Notes under the pieces: model-generated
Seen by the model: only the letters and a program-made list of their open reading frames with translations
Database searches by the model: none
What the model was told of the DNA's origin: nothing
In this document: positions 26,791-39,139 of the stretch, in pieces
Layout: each line of letters opens with the position of its first letter
Position numbering within the stretch: position 1 is the first letter of the stretch
Translations under genes and position numbers: made by a program
Assembly (NCBI RefSeq): GCF_009914755.1
Contig: NC_060944.1
Source of the DNA: the human T2T-CHM13v2.0 reference genome, Homo sapiens
DNA: 64,000 nt
Reading direction: 5' to 3' (one strand)

Positions 26791-26881
26791 TGTGTCTTTT
26801 CCCTGAGGGAGAATGACCTCCTCTTGGAACAGCTCATGTGTCTTTCCCCGAGGGAGAATGACCTCCTCTTGGAACAGCTCA
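26791..26881. repeat. Two-copy tandem duplication (46/45 bp)
   Basis: tgtgtctttt-ccctgagggagaatgacctcctcttggaacagctca repeated near-identically. Confidence 0.95.
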
Positions 26882-27799
26882 TGATCCCATTGCTGGGTGA
26901 ATGCTTTAAAAGGTAGTGTTCTCAAGCAGAACCTTCTCATTCTGTAGAAGGTTTCATGAGCTGAGAAATCATCCCTCTCTCTCTCCGTCTTACACACAGA
27001 CATAGAGCTTTTGTTGTGGAAAGTAAGACACCAACATAGTTTATGAGATGTAAATATAACTTCGGTAAGATGGGAGTCTGAAGCTGTCTAATCGCGTGAG
27101 GACTGACATTCCCTTCAGTCTACTGGCAGGGATCGGAGCTGCTCAGAGTCCAAAAATATGCCTCTAAATTGGGAACTGTGAAAACGCCACCCCACACAAC
27201 AAAGACAGGACTCCCCTAAAGGGTTCCAGATGCCACCTGCCCTGCTGGCCCGTGAGCGTGGAGTGTGCAGCAGAGCGAGAAGGCAGGAAGAGGAGGTGCT
27301 AGGAGCTGTCATCTCTGCCAGAACGGACATGATCAGGAGTCCTGGGCAGCACCAGGAGGCCCGTCTCTAGCAGCAATGGGTGTGTATCCTCATAACTGGC
27401 TCCGAAGTAGCACCTGGCTAGGGGACAGTGGTTTACTTGTGGAGCAATGAGGTTTCTGCTGAGCGTGACGTAAGTTTGGACATAAAATAGATCTAGTTCA
27501 GATGTTTGACCAGTCAGGGCCAACTCTGCTTGTCTTCCAACAGAGAACACATGTGTGTCCAGTGTAGCACATCTGTGCATGTTACTATTGTCCACCATGG
27601 TGTGAACGTGCCCTCCATGTGTAGATTAACCTCTAGGGCATTTATGAGTGCCTGATGTGTGTTGGGCATCATGTCTTGATCTGGGGGAATATGTGTTGTG
27701 GTTCTACAGGTCTACCAAGGAGTCGAAGCCCGGCGTGTAGCAGACATAACAGCAAGAGATCACGGTGACGTGAAAAATGCAGAAGACCTAGAAACTATG

Positions 27800-29250
27800 T
27801 TTCATTCACCATTTTCTAGAGATGAAAGTTGAAAATCACCCTTTTGTAGTTAGCGTTTCTGGTGCTGGCCATTCGTTCGTGTGGGCACCTGCTTCTGTCT
27901 GGCTGTATCACCCTCTGCCTGGGGGCATCTTAAACATCCTGGCCATGCAGGTTTGCCTGCGAGCGATTCTAACAGCTTTTCTATGTCAGAGAAACTTTCT
28001 TTTGCCATTTTTGAAATTTTTTTTTTTTTTGGCTGGATCTTGAATTTTAGGCTGAAGGGGTGTGTGTTTGTATGTTTTCTTTCAGTGCTTTAAAAATATG
28101 GCCACGTGGTCTTCTGGCTTGCATCATTTCTGAGAGGAAATCTGTTGTGGCTCTTATCTTTGTTCCTCCGTATGCAATGTGTGTTCTCTCCTGGCTGCGT
28201 TTAAGATTTTCTCTTGATCACTGGTTTTTTGTTTTTTGTTTTTTTGTTTTATGCAAGGGTGTTTTTTTTTAAATACTTTAAGTTCTAGGGTACATGTGCA
28301 CAACATGCAGGTTTGTTACATATGTATACATGTGCCATGTTGGTGTGCTGCACCCATTAACTCGTCACTTAACATTAGGTATATCTCCTAATGCTATCCC
28401 TCCCCCCTTCCCCCACCCCACAACAGGCCCCGGTGTGTGATATTCCCCTTCCTGTGTCCATGTGTTCTCATTGTTCAATTCCCACCTATGAGTGAGAACA
28501 TGCGGTGTTTGGTTTTTTGTCCTTGCGATAGTTTGCTGCTATAAAGACACATGCACACGTATGTTTATTGTGGCACTATTCACAATAGCAAAGACTTGGA
28601 ACCAACCCAAATGTCCAACAATGATAGACTGGATTAAGAAAATGTGGCACATATATACCATGGAATACTATGCAGCCATAAAAAAGCTGATCACTGGTTT
28701 TAAGCAACTTGATTCTAAGTGGGCTTGGTCTAGTTTTCTTCATGTTTTATTTGGTTCTTTGGGGTTTGCTGAGCTTCTTGGATCTTTGGATCTGTAGTTC
28801 TCATGAGACTGGGAAAATCGTGGTCATGATTCCATGGCTTTTGTCACTCTGCCCCCACCTCCTTTGGGAACCCTAATGACTGTGTAACAGGCTACTCAGG
28901 GTCGCCCCATAGCTCGCTGATTCTGGCCATTTCTGTTTTTGATAATTATGTTTTCTCCGGCTGTTTCATTTTAGATACTTTATCTTCAAGTTCATTTTCT
29001 TTTTCTTCTGCAGTGTCCCATCTGCTATGAATCACATTCTGTGTATTTTTCATTTCAGACCTTATAGTTTTCATCTATAGAAGTCTGATTCGGGACATCT
29101 TTTGTGTCTTGATCTGTCGATGTTTTCTTCTGCATTCTTCAACAAATACGGGATATAGGAATGGTAACTTTTTAATGTTCTTGGCTAATTCTGTCATCCT
29201 GATATATTTTATTGATTGCTTTTTATTCTCATGGGCCCTATTTTTTCCCC
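27800..29250 (-). mobile_element. Old L1M (ORF1-region) fragment interrupted by a younger L1PA
   Basis: 'cttctggcttgcatcatttctgagaggaaatctgttgt' and 'gctgagcttcttggatctttgga' are typical antisense L1M sequence. Confidence 0.65.
28229..28687 (-). mobile_element. L1PA (about PA3-5) 3' end with 5' inversion (twin priming)
   Basis: Antisense 3'UTR 28261-28538, then sense ORF2 C-term piece 28534-28686; TSD tgatcactggtttt at 28215-28228 and 28688-28701. Confidence 0.93.
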
Positions 29251-29347
29251 AACAGACTCCCAATCCATCTCTTCCACCCCAGGAGGACCCCAGGCTCCCC
29301 CTCTCGTGGTAGCCTGGAAACTCCCCAAGCGGAAGCCGGGGCAGCTG

Positions 29348-29366
29348 TGGCGCCCCCTGGCTGTGT
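29348..29366 (-). promoter_or_regulatory. Candidate CTCF binding site
   Basis: Reverse complement reads ACACAGCCAGGGGGCGCCA, close to the CTCF core consensus CCASYAGRKGGCRS. Confidence 0.5.
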
Positions 29367-30196
29367 CCTCTGCTTGGGCCACTGCCCTGTGCCACTGCCT
29401 CAGCACCATTGTCTGTCTATTTTGTTTGGGTTTCCCGTTGTTCCAAGGTGGGTGGTGGATACACAGTCCCTGCCACGCCATCTCTGGGAAGCCTCCTTTC
29501 CCTCTTCGTCCAGGTTTTATCAAAGTGCCCGATGAGACATGTTCCCTGAGGAACCCAGGCAGAACTGGACCCTGCAGGAGCCAGGCCCCTCCCTTCCCAG
29601 TGGCAGCGAATCCCCGTCCTGACCGGGGCCTGGTGGCTGGCTGCCTGCTAGGCTGACACAGGGGAAGGAGGTGTGGAGGTGTGGGGAGGGCGGGGCTGAG
29701 CCAGGGCAGGTGAGCATCTCCCCAAGAGCACTGTGTGGGCATCCGGGTTGTGCCCTGGTAAGGCGTTGGAACGGCTGAGGCCTGTGGCCTGATGTTGCAT
29801 TATCATTCCACCAAAAGAGGTCACGAGACTAGAATTGTGATCCAGTTTCCACACCTGCTGGTTGTTTGAAGTTAAGAAGTTCATGCCCCATCTTTGAACT
29901 GCAGTTTGTTGGCTGTGCATTAGGTCTGCTCCTACATGCATTGCCCTCACATGGATTTGTGCGACCAAGATTATACAACTCGGATGCTACTGTTTATAAA
30001 GTGTGTCCACGTTGATGATTCTGCTTGGTAGTCAGATGACATCCATGAGAGGCGTTCTCAGTCAGCTTCATTTCTGTTCTATGGACTGAAGTGTACCCGG
30101 TTAAGAACTTTGCCAAAGCTGTCACTCTAGGCAGTGACCATCCTTGGTCTAGAACTCAAGTCTCCCAGTGACAAATCCTCTTTCCTTTTCTCTACA

Positions 30197-30420
30197 CATC
30201 TTGTTCTCAACTGCAGTTTCACCCCCCAGGGAACACGTGGTAGGGTCTGGAGCCATATTATTGCCACAGCTGGGGCGTGGGGGAGGGAGATGCTTTTGGA
30301 ATTGAGGGACGGAGGCCAGGGACGCTGGTGAATGTCCTGCAACACCCAGGACAACCCCCCAACAACACAATTTCCTGGTCCCACACATTGGGGAACAGAG
30401 TTGCAGCTGGGAACCCCTGG
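30197..30420 (+). mobile_element. MER20
   Basis: ttctcaact...ccccccagggaacacgtggtagggtctggag...gaggccagggacgctggtgaatgtcctgcaa...gaacccctg. Confidence 0.75.
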
Positions 30421-30960
30421 TCTGCACTTGTCTGAGAAAATACTTGGAAGGCCATGAAGGGCCATTGCAAATAAAATCTCAGCGTAGGGCATGATTGTGC
30501 CTTGCTGTTACAGCCCAGGCTTTATTTCTGTTGTCAAGTCTAAAGGGGAATGCATCTCTAAATCCCTTATGTCATCTGTGCAACCATATAGTTGAATTTA
30601 CCATCATGTTCTTTCAGCCATTTCTTCCAGATACATACAGTAAACATTTCTTTAGAGGGTGTGCAAGCTTTGAGGAAGCAAAAAATGATATTTCACAGAG
30701 TGCAGGCTCCTTGCTAGAGCACAAGTTTGAGCTAAAAAATGCTGGCTGCAAGCACACACGGTATGGATACAAATGGGGGTTAAAAATGCAATAACAATTC
30801 AAAAGAATCGTAGTTTGTCTCTCATTCTGTTTGTGCCGTTATGTATATAAGAGAACATCTTTCCAGGAACCAAACTGCCTCAGCAAATGGTTTTCAAATA
30901 CAGTAAAATGCTCATAAATTTTTACTTATAAAATATTCCCCCATAGCATATGTTTTTCAG

Positions 30961-31002
30961 TTCCATACATATCGATGACTTTTCCATACATATCGATGAC
31001 TT
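30961..31002. repeat. Perfect 21-bp tandem duplication
   Basis: ttccatacatatcgatgactt x2. Confidence 0.95.
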
Positions 31003-31859
31003 TGTATGTCTCATCCATGGTGATTTTGTTTCTCTGTCCCTCCCACTCTCAAGGTTCAGCTAGCTGATCCCGTGCAAAAGGTCTGCAGCTTCATTTTTCA
31101 GCAAAATGGGCCCTGTTGCTATTGAGAACTGAGACCTTAGAATCCCGCTTTGCTCTGGGCCCATTGCTCTCACGTATTATTCAAGTTGCTGAAATTCTCT
31201 GCTTGCCACATTTTCTGCAAAGTGCAGATTAATGGAGGCACGGTTCTGTAGGGCCCGGAAGAAGCCAGAAGTTATCAGAGCTCTGGCCACGGAGGGATCC
31301 TGGCATGAATTCCTGCAAACATTGCTCAAGATGTTTGTACGTGTCTGCCCAGACTGCATTTCTTTTATTCATAAGGTAATTCTTATGAAAATAATTGGTC
31401 CATTTTAACCACACAGATCTTTCTGGCACACACTGCCAGCAATCAGAGTGGCTTCATTTAGTACATTCAGGTGCCAGGAAGGGTGAGGTCGCTGTTTTCT
31501 CTCTTGTGGCCCCACCCAAGTCCTGTTAAACTTGAGCGGAGGCCTGGACGCGCCTGTGCAGCAGGTTGGCCCTCTTTTACTGTGGGTGGAGCCTGAGACC
31601 TAGTTCTGTTCATGGTAGGTTTCCTGGCTGGGACTGGTTTTTTGCCCTTCCTCTCCTACCCCTGTTCTGCTGCACCGCTTCTGCTGACAGGGCTGGGTTT
31701 TACTCAGCTGACTCGCCCCATGTGGTTGGATGCTCCTGGAACAGTCATGTGACCAGAACCAGCCAATCACTGTGCTTCATCCACCTGGCCTAGCTGTCTG
31801 TAGAGATGGGCAATGAGCCGAGTTGTTGATGGAATGACACTAAGCAACAGCAGCCGCCG

Positions 31860-32090
31860 ATGGAGCACCTGCCACATGCCAGGCCTGGTCCTCCACTGTA
31901 TTCAGGTTAACTGAGTGAATCCGCACGTCCGCCCTGTGTGGTACCTCATGCCATCAGCATCCCCATTTTACAGATCAAGAAGCCGAGGCACAGGACTTAG
32001 CCAGGTTTGTGCAGCTGGAAGATGGTAGAGCCAGGATTTGATACCAATGGGTCAGCCCCCAGATCTGCTGCTCTTAACTACCAGGCTGTG
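31860..32090 (-). mobile_element. MIR
   Basis: 'ccccattttacagatcaagaagccgaggcacag...ggtagagccaggatttga'. Confidence 0.8.
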
Positions 32091-32099
32091 CTAAGTCAG

Positions 32100-32945
32100 G
32101 ATGGTCCGAAACCTTCAGCTCTGCTGCTGTGAAAACTTTTCAGAGGGAAGCTTTCTTCCCCCTGGAGCTGCTGAGCCCAGAGCTGTGGGAGTCCAGGTAG
32201 ATAGGAACACTAGTGGTAGTGAAGTAAGACAAGATGAGTGATGAAAAGAGAGAGTGCTTGAGCTACCCTTGAGAGGAGAGAGAGTGGTTTAGCACCTGGA
32301 TCCAGCTGGACCTGAAAGAGGAGAATCCCAGACATAACTCTCCCCCTTCAACGTTCAGCTGGGCCCAGTTTGATCTGTGTTTGTGGCTTTTCTACCAAAC
32401 TTTCCTGTTCTAATAACCCAAGCTCAAAACCATGGGAGTCATCAGTGTCTCCCTTGAGTTCAGTCCTCATGTCGATTGCTTGAAGAGACGGTTATGGTTA
32501 CAAGAATTCATCCCATGTCTGTGCACGCCCATTGAGCATGAAATTGACTCCTCCTCTTCTCAGGGATGGGCTTGGCCATGGACTTTCTTTGGCTGACGAG
32601 ATGTTAGCAAACATACTGTGAGCTGAGGCCTGGATGCGCCCTTGCTTCGGGGTGGCCCTCTTTCACTGTGGTTGGAGCCTGAGACTGGGATGAGAAGGAA
32701 CCTGGTGGAGAGGAGCACCAGCACCCGCCCCCCCCGCCCCGCCCCCGCTGCCCCCAACACACACACAAATAGCCTAAGACCTAGTGGATGCATGCCCTGG
32801 AGAAACCATGTGACTGACACCTTCCCAGGTGACCCCAGGCAAGACTTGCAGAAGAACCATGCAGCTGAGCTCCGTGGAAATTGCTGACCCACAGATTTAT
32901 GAATTTTGGAGGGGGGTGGTTATGCAGCCAAAGCTAATGAAAAGC
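32100..32945 (+). mobile_element. Degraded MLT1-type MaLR LTR fragments
   Basis: 'acctggatccagctggacctgaa', 'cagaagaaccatgcagctgagctcc', 'gtggttatgcagccaaagctaa'. Confidence 0.5.
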
Positions 32946-33689
32946 TTGTAGTGTAGTTTTATCTTACCACGTTTTCTTTCCCTTTTGCTCCTGTCCCATC
33001 TTTCTGATATACTCATCACCTCATGGCTGGCCACTTGCAGATGTGTCTCTCCTTTGGCCTTGTGCTCACTCCAGATGCTGCTCTTGGTATTTTCTCTTTG
33101 CTCTCCGCTGGGGACGCATCTTCCTAAAGCATAGCCTTCGTCAAGTCCTACTTAGTTGGCCAGGCTTCAGCAGACCCTACTCACCCCTGGGAAGCAGCAT
33201 CACCTGCCTAGACCATACCTGAGGTCCCAACACCCACACTTACCACATAATATTTTCCCACCAGCACCTCCCCTCAGAACAAAAACTTGCCACCATGCCA
33301 TGTACATTCCCACGTTTTATTCTTTTGCGCTTTCATCTCCTTCCTGAAATGCAAATATGCACTCTTGTCTTTTCTGAACTTCTGCCCACCGCAACCCCCA
33401 CTTTCTCCCTAAAGCCTCTGCAGACAACTTTATTGGGCATTTTTACTCCTCCAGACTCTCATATCTGCAGTGCCCTCACTGGGCACGAGCTGCATCGCTG
33501 TTTCTCCAGCCTGCCCCACTCTTCATCAGGCCCGTTTATCTTCTGCTAATTTGCCACCTTGGATGCTGAGCAACCTTACTTGGCTTTGGTTTCCTTTATC
33601 ACCACAACCACGTGAAGAGCAGCCCTGGAGCCAGTGCCAGCTTCACGCAGTCAGTCAGGAAGAACGTGGACCACGTTTGGGTGGCTCGC

Positions 33690-33895
33690 ATTTGCTGGGC
33701 GTGCAAGGCCTCGTGGGCACCCTGGGGAGAAGGTACCTGTGTGCTCATCGGATCCCTAAGACCAGCCAGTGGGGAAAGAGCTATCATGACCCTTCACACC
33801 TGAACACAGAGGGGGCTCAGGGGGTGCGCCCAGCAGCCCAGCCAGGATTTGAACCCGCATCATCACAGTGTTGAGCCACCTTATCCAGGACCCCA
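33690..33895 (-). mobile_element. MIR-like fragment
   Basis: 'gccaggatttgaacccgcat' and flanking similarity. Confidence 0.45.
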
Positions 33896-35662
33896 CAGCC
33901 CTCCTCAGGCTTAGCTACAATGACAGGGGCCAAACCCTGTTTCCATCTCATCTGTTTGCAAAGCAGATTCAATATGTTCAGAGGATAAAGGTGCCAGTGT
34001 TTTCTCCTGGGGCTAGGAAGAAAAGACTATTGGGATGTACCTGTGAATTTCATATGCAAGCATTAATATGGTCACCGGCTGCCTGGTAAGAAATAAGAAT
34101 TTCATCCCTTTCCAACGGCAGCTTCATTTCGTGAAATGAATTGGCATGCTGTGCTTCATTTTGATGATTTTGGCAAAGGACTTGGGTTCTTCAAAATTGA
34201 AGTCAGCACCCCTGTTCCATTGCGAGATGTGTTTGGCAGCCGTGAGCTTCTAAAGATCTCCCCAATAGAGAATTGTATTCCATTAACTTTCTAATATAAT
34301 TATAGGGTGACAGGGAGACCTGCCCAACTTTTTGTTATTCCACCCTCCAACGCTTGGCTGGATTTGGGGTGGCTATTGTGGATCACAGCACCACACTCTC
34401 TCCAAGAACATTCCCTATTGTGAAAGCATCCCTGCGGAGGAGGCTGCAGTTAGCACACCAGGGCCCTCCTTCCTCTGTGGATCCAAGCATGCACAGAGCC
34501 CATTCACTCTGCCAGGGTGGTGTTGGGTCCCGGAGATGCACAGCTGAAGAAGATCCAGCCCAGGCTCCTAAGGGCAACCCCAGCCAAGGAGAGAGCTCCA
34601 CGGTGCTCTGCCAGACGAGGCCCAGGTGTGGGCCCAAGGATTGCAGGGTACTGGTGGGGAGGGTGGCTCATTGACCTCTTCTGCAGCCTCAGTGAAGCTG
34701 GTTCTCCATGGCGATGATGGAGGATTCTCCTGACTTGTGCAGAACAGGACCACTGCAGGGTGAATCAGCCCTGGCCAGGTACCACTGCCCATCTGGTGGG
34801 CCAGACAGCTGTCTGTGCTGCAGTGCCCAGGCACGGGCCCTGTTTCTCTCAGCACTTGCCCCATACGGGTTTCTGTCGACATCCAGCTCCTTGGAGCAGC
34901 ACTGAATTGCTTCATTCACACGTCTACACTCCACGTTCCTCTGATCCTCCCTTGGTTGGAGAGACTCCCAACACACGCACCCACTAATTACACCACCCCC
35001 TTGAGTCGAGACCAACAATCTGATGAGTGCATCAGCTCCAAATTATTTTACTGGATTGGGGTGCCAGAATGCCAGGCTATGCCATCTAACGTGAGAGAAA
35101 TGGGGAGCATTGGCCCGCATAGGTGAGCCATGCTTTCTTTAGACTTCCAGGATATCACGAGCCCAAAAAATTCATAAAACACACAAAAGAAACTCAGCTA
35201 AAGGCAAAATGTCCAATGCTGCTGCATTCCTTGTTTCATCCTTCCACACCGCCATGCTGTAAGCAAAATACAGCCCAGAAACCTGCACAGTTCTACAAAC
35301 AGATCTGTGTGCACAGCAGCCCTGAAGCTCAGCATCAGGCTTAGGAGCTGGAGAGTGATGGGCCAGTGCCCAGCCTGTGGGTGGGGGCTGTGCATGACTG
35401 GTAGCATTCACACATGGACATCACAGTCCCAGGACAGGTCCTGTGTCCCCGTGGGGCCCTACCCTGTTCCTCTCGCAGTCCGGGAAGCATTGTCAGATCC
35501 AGGCTGCAGGAGGACAAGACTGGCTGTAGCTCTGAACGCTCATGGCTCAGCAAAGCCAGTGTCCGGCATGTGCTGGCCTTAGGATTTTAACCATCGTTGG
35601 AAATAAAACACTTGTGTGGTGCCACCTCAGTTAATAATCTGCTTTCTAAGATACAAATTTTA

Positions 35663-35964
35663 GGCCAGGTACGATGGCTCATGCCTGTAATCCCAGAGTT
35701 TTGGAAGCTGAGGTGGGAGGTTCGCTTGAGTCTAGGGGTTCGAGACTAGCCTGAACAACATAAGGAGACCTCACCTCTTAAAAAAAAAATTAAGTAGCCA
35801 GTTATGGTAGTATGTGCCTGTAGTCCTAGCCACTTAGGAGGCTGAAGCAGGAGTATCACTTGGGCCCAGGAGTTCAAGGTTCCAATGAACTATGATTGCA
35901 TCACTGTACTCCATCCTGGGTGACAGAAAGAGCCTCTGTCTCTAAAAAATAATAAAATAATAAT
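35663..35964 (+). mobile_element. AluJ (Jo/Jr)
   Basis: Diverged dimer with J diagnostics 'gggcccaggagttcaagg...tatgattgcatcactg'. Confidence 0.9.
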
Positions 35965-36074
35965 GAGATAAAAGTTCCAGTTCCCTGGATATGGTAGATG
36001 CTTGAAGGGAGGTACTGTTTTATTCTCGTGTGTACCCAGTGGTGCCTGGCAGAGGAAGGGCCCTGGAGTCACAG

Positions 36075-36325
36075 TCAAGGTCAGCTAGATTTTCTCCTAT
36101 GTTATCTTCCAGGAGTTTTATAGGTTTGCATTTTACATTTAGGTCTGTGATCCATTGTGAGATAATTTTTGGGAAGGGTGTAAGGTCTAGGTCCAGTTTT
36201 ATTTCTGTGTATGTGAATGTCCAGTTGTTTCAGCACCATTTGTGAAAAAGATAATGCTTTCTCCATTGAATTGCCTTTGTCTTTTGCCAAAGATCAGTTG
36301 ACCGTAGTTATGTGAGTCTGTTCTG
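36075..36325 (-). mobile_element. L1M ORF2 fragment
   Basis: 'gttttataggtttgcattttacatttaggtctgtgatccatt...gttgtttcagcaccatttg'. Confidence 0.8.
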
Positions 36326-38372
36326 CGGGGGAAGGGGGCTTCGTGGGCTGGAAGAAGTGGGAGGCCTGAGAGTGAAGGATTCCTAAGGAAGTGAGGGGTG
36401 AGGAATGAAATTTGGGTCAGGATTATTGGCCTCGGCTCACCATGTGATTGTTAATGAATCATTCTCAGCACAACTTTTAATTTATTTATTGGTTCTCATA
36501 ATGGAGCCTCCATTCATTCTAATAAGTACCATGAGCTTCAGCCTCTGAATACATGAGAGGAGAATTTTAGGGAAATGGCCACAGGGAGTTTGTGTCTCAA
36601 CTTGCCCTTTAAACAACTGGAGTTGCAGTGATTTTCTGATTCTCTGCTATTTCCCCATTCCTCCCTGAACAAGCATCAGAAGGAAACTAAATGCAATCTG
36701 ACAAGACAACCCTTCAGCAGGTTAATTTGTACTAGACCCTCAATTTTCCAGCTAGAAATCTAGCTTGAAACACTACTACTCAAACAACATCTATCAAAGC
36801 CCAACATCTGGGTCTCCCAGCTGCCAAGTTCACCCCGTGAGGACTTGTCAACACGCCAGTCTGCTTCGTAATTGAAGTACTATTCAAAGTGTCAAAGTCT
36901 TGTCCGTGGAAACAGTCTGCATATGCAGTTACAACTAAGTATGGGTTGGAAAAAATACAAACTGAGGTCAGCTCTTCCTAATAGGAGCATCTAAGCAATG
37001 TCTTAAGTCTTCAAGCCACGGTTGTCATGATATCTGTTTGTCACCCCCAGAGGCAAATGGAGGCAGTTCAATCGATGATTCTGTGGGAGGAGAAGGGCAG
37101 AATAACTTAGGCAAAGACAATCACTCAGTGCCATTTATTTGTCTTGTATGACGCCAATGATCATGGCCAGTCTTGACCTAGTGTTAGCAGCAGTGATCTA
37201 ACATCGCCGAGGAAGGAATCTACTATTGCTGCATTTCCCACAGCTATTATTCTGCCCTCCAAAAGGCAAAGCACAGAGTAGGTATTGTTCTGACCTCCAA
37301 AGAGCAAAGCACAGGGCAGGGTGAGGTGACTGTGACCAGCGGCCACAACAGAGCTTCCTGCCTTTTTAACGGAACAGAACCGTTTTTAATTTTTTTAAAA
37401 GATCATTCCACAATAATTCATTTGTTCAGCGCCTCTGTAAACAAATGCTTGGAGTTCACACGGGTCCCCTGTGGAATGATCCTTCTAAGTAGCTTTGGCT
37501 CAAAGGCATCCCACGGTGGTGATTGCTTTAGGATTGTTTCCACTGGAGTGAATTATACTTGAGGTAGAATTTGTACTGGGCTGATTTGTCTTAAATTGCA
37601 GGATAAGTTCTAAAGTACAAGAAGTATGTACTCTATAAAAAATGTCGTGGGGCCTGACTGGTATCAAGAGGACTGAACATGGAGAGACAAAAGAGAGAGA
37701 GAGAAAAAAAATGGGGCTCTGCAGCTGCCAATATTTGATGCCCTTGTTATCAAGCCATAAGGCTGAAAATGCTTTTGATAATGTTTTTAGAACTAAGCAT
37801 GCTCCTGTCGGCTGTTCTCTGTGTTCCTTGAGTAGTCTCTAAAAGATTGGAAGAATTTGTGGGTGCACCTAAAACAGTCACCATGGACCTTGCCATTCAC
37901 AGTATGTCCTCAGATCAGCCCCATCAGTGTGGCCTGGAAGCTTTTTATTATGTTTAAAGATGCAAAGTCAGGAAGTCAGTATGTCTAGCCATCTTAAATC
38001 ACTTTTTTTTTAAATTCATCCATCAGTTTGGAAAAATAATATATTCCATTACTTTACACTTCAATGCGTTACTGTGCAATGCACTCATTGATGACTCTGA
38101 AACACAAACAGGACTTCCCAGACCTCTGCTTGGAAGCTCCTGGGTATTAAGTCTGGGCAACCCCATCTCCTCCCAGCCTCACTAACACGAGTCGCCTCTT
38201 CTCAGGAGAACTGAGAAGAGAGCTTTGCATGTGACAGCTCCACCCTTTCCAAGGGGGTCTTCAATTGCTTGACAGCCATTATTCTGTTAAGCTCCTGTGC
38301 CTCTCCTGTTTGAGCAGATAGAACCAGGTTCAGACCCAGGCACAGCCCAGTGACTATTATTGAACAAATGTA

Positions 38373-38557
38373 TTGGGTTGGTGCAAAAGTAATTGTGGTT
38401 TTTGCCATTACTTGGGTCAGCATTGTCAAATCTACACCTACTCTATGGCCCAGTAGTTTCTTTCCTGGATTTTATCCAAAAGAAATTAAAGAGATGCAAG
38501 AGAATGTTCAAACCTGCTTTTAATGGCCAAACCAAAATGACTTTTGCACCCACCTAA
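38373..38557. mobile_element. MADE1 (Hsmar1 mariner MITE) split by an internal insert
   Basis: Left TIR ttgggttggtgcaaaagtaattgtggtttttgccattactt; right TIR ttaatggccaaaccaaaatgacttttgcacccacctaa; TA flanks at 38371-38372 and 38558-38559. Confidence 0.9.
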
Positions 38558-38689
38558 TAGTCGTGATAAAGTGGCATTAAACTGGAAATCTAACTTGACT
38601 TGTCACTCCTCCTTCCCCAGGGGGCTGAGCCCCGATGCTAATGACCACAGTCGAGGATGAGTTGAACCCTCAGCCAGGGTTGATTCAGC

Positions 38690-38895
38690 CGATTGGCCAG
38701 TCCTGACGTTAATAACTTGCACAGACGCTTTGCACGCATTAAGCAATTTCATCTTCTCAGCAGTCCTAGGAAGATGTTGCTGCCACGATCCTCAATTCAT
38801 AGGTTAAGATACTGATGCACAGCCATTAACTGACTTGCTTTTTGAACTCAGTTTGAGAGCCTCAGAGTCCACATCCTAAACCACTGTGCTGGCCT
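38690..38895 (-). mobile_element. MIR fragment
   Basis: 'tttcatcttctcagcagtcctaggaag...tgacttgc...cctaaaccactgtgct'. Confidence 0.55.
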
Positions 38896-38899
38896 ACCA

Positions 38900-39080
38900 G
38901 GGGCCTCCAAAAGTACTTCTACATCAGCATTATTTGGGGATGCTTCTGAAACATACAGCTCCTGGGCCCCTCTAAGGGAGAGTCTAAGTCAGCAGGTCAT
39001 GGGCCCAAGGAGTTGTATTTTTTTTTAAATTTTTCAGATCATTGTGATGATGGGCCAAGTTTGGGGACTGCTGTTTTAGC
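38900..39080. mobile_element. MER5A-like DNA transposon
   Basis: 'catcagcattatttggggatgctt...cctgggcccc...aagtttggggactgctgttttag'. Confidence 0.6.
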
Positions 39081-39139
39081 TCACAAATTCCTGGTTGATG
39101 ACCATCACATTGGTTCTTGGTTTTTGTTTCAAAAAAGAA

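Noticed and set aside
25826-26882. Overlapping ORFs of about 200 aa in a GC-rich stretch
   Set aside because: No recognisable domain or splice structure; expected in GC-rich DNA and possibly old LTR-derived
31355-31382. Second AG|GT juxtaposition (tttcttttattcataag|gtaatt)
   Set aside because: AAG acceptor, weaker donor and no clear branch point; compatible with chance
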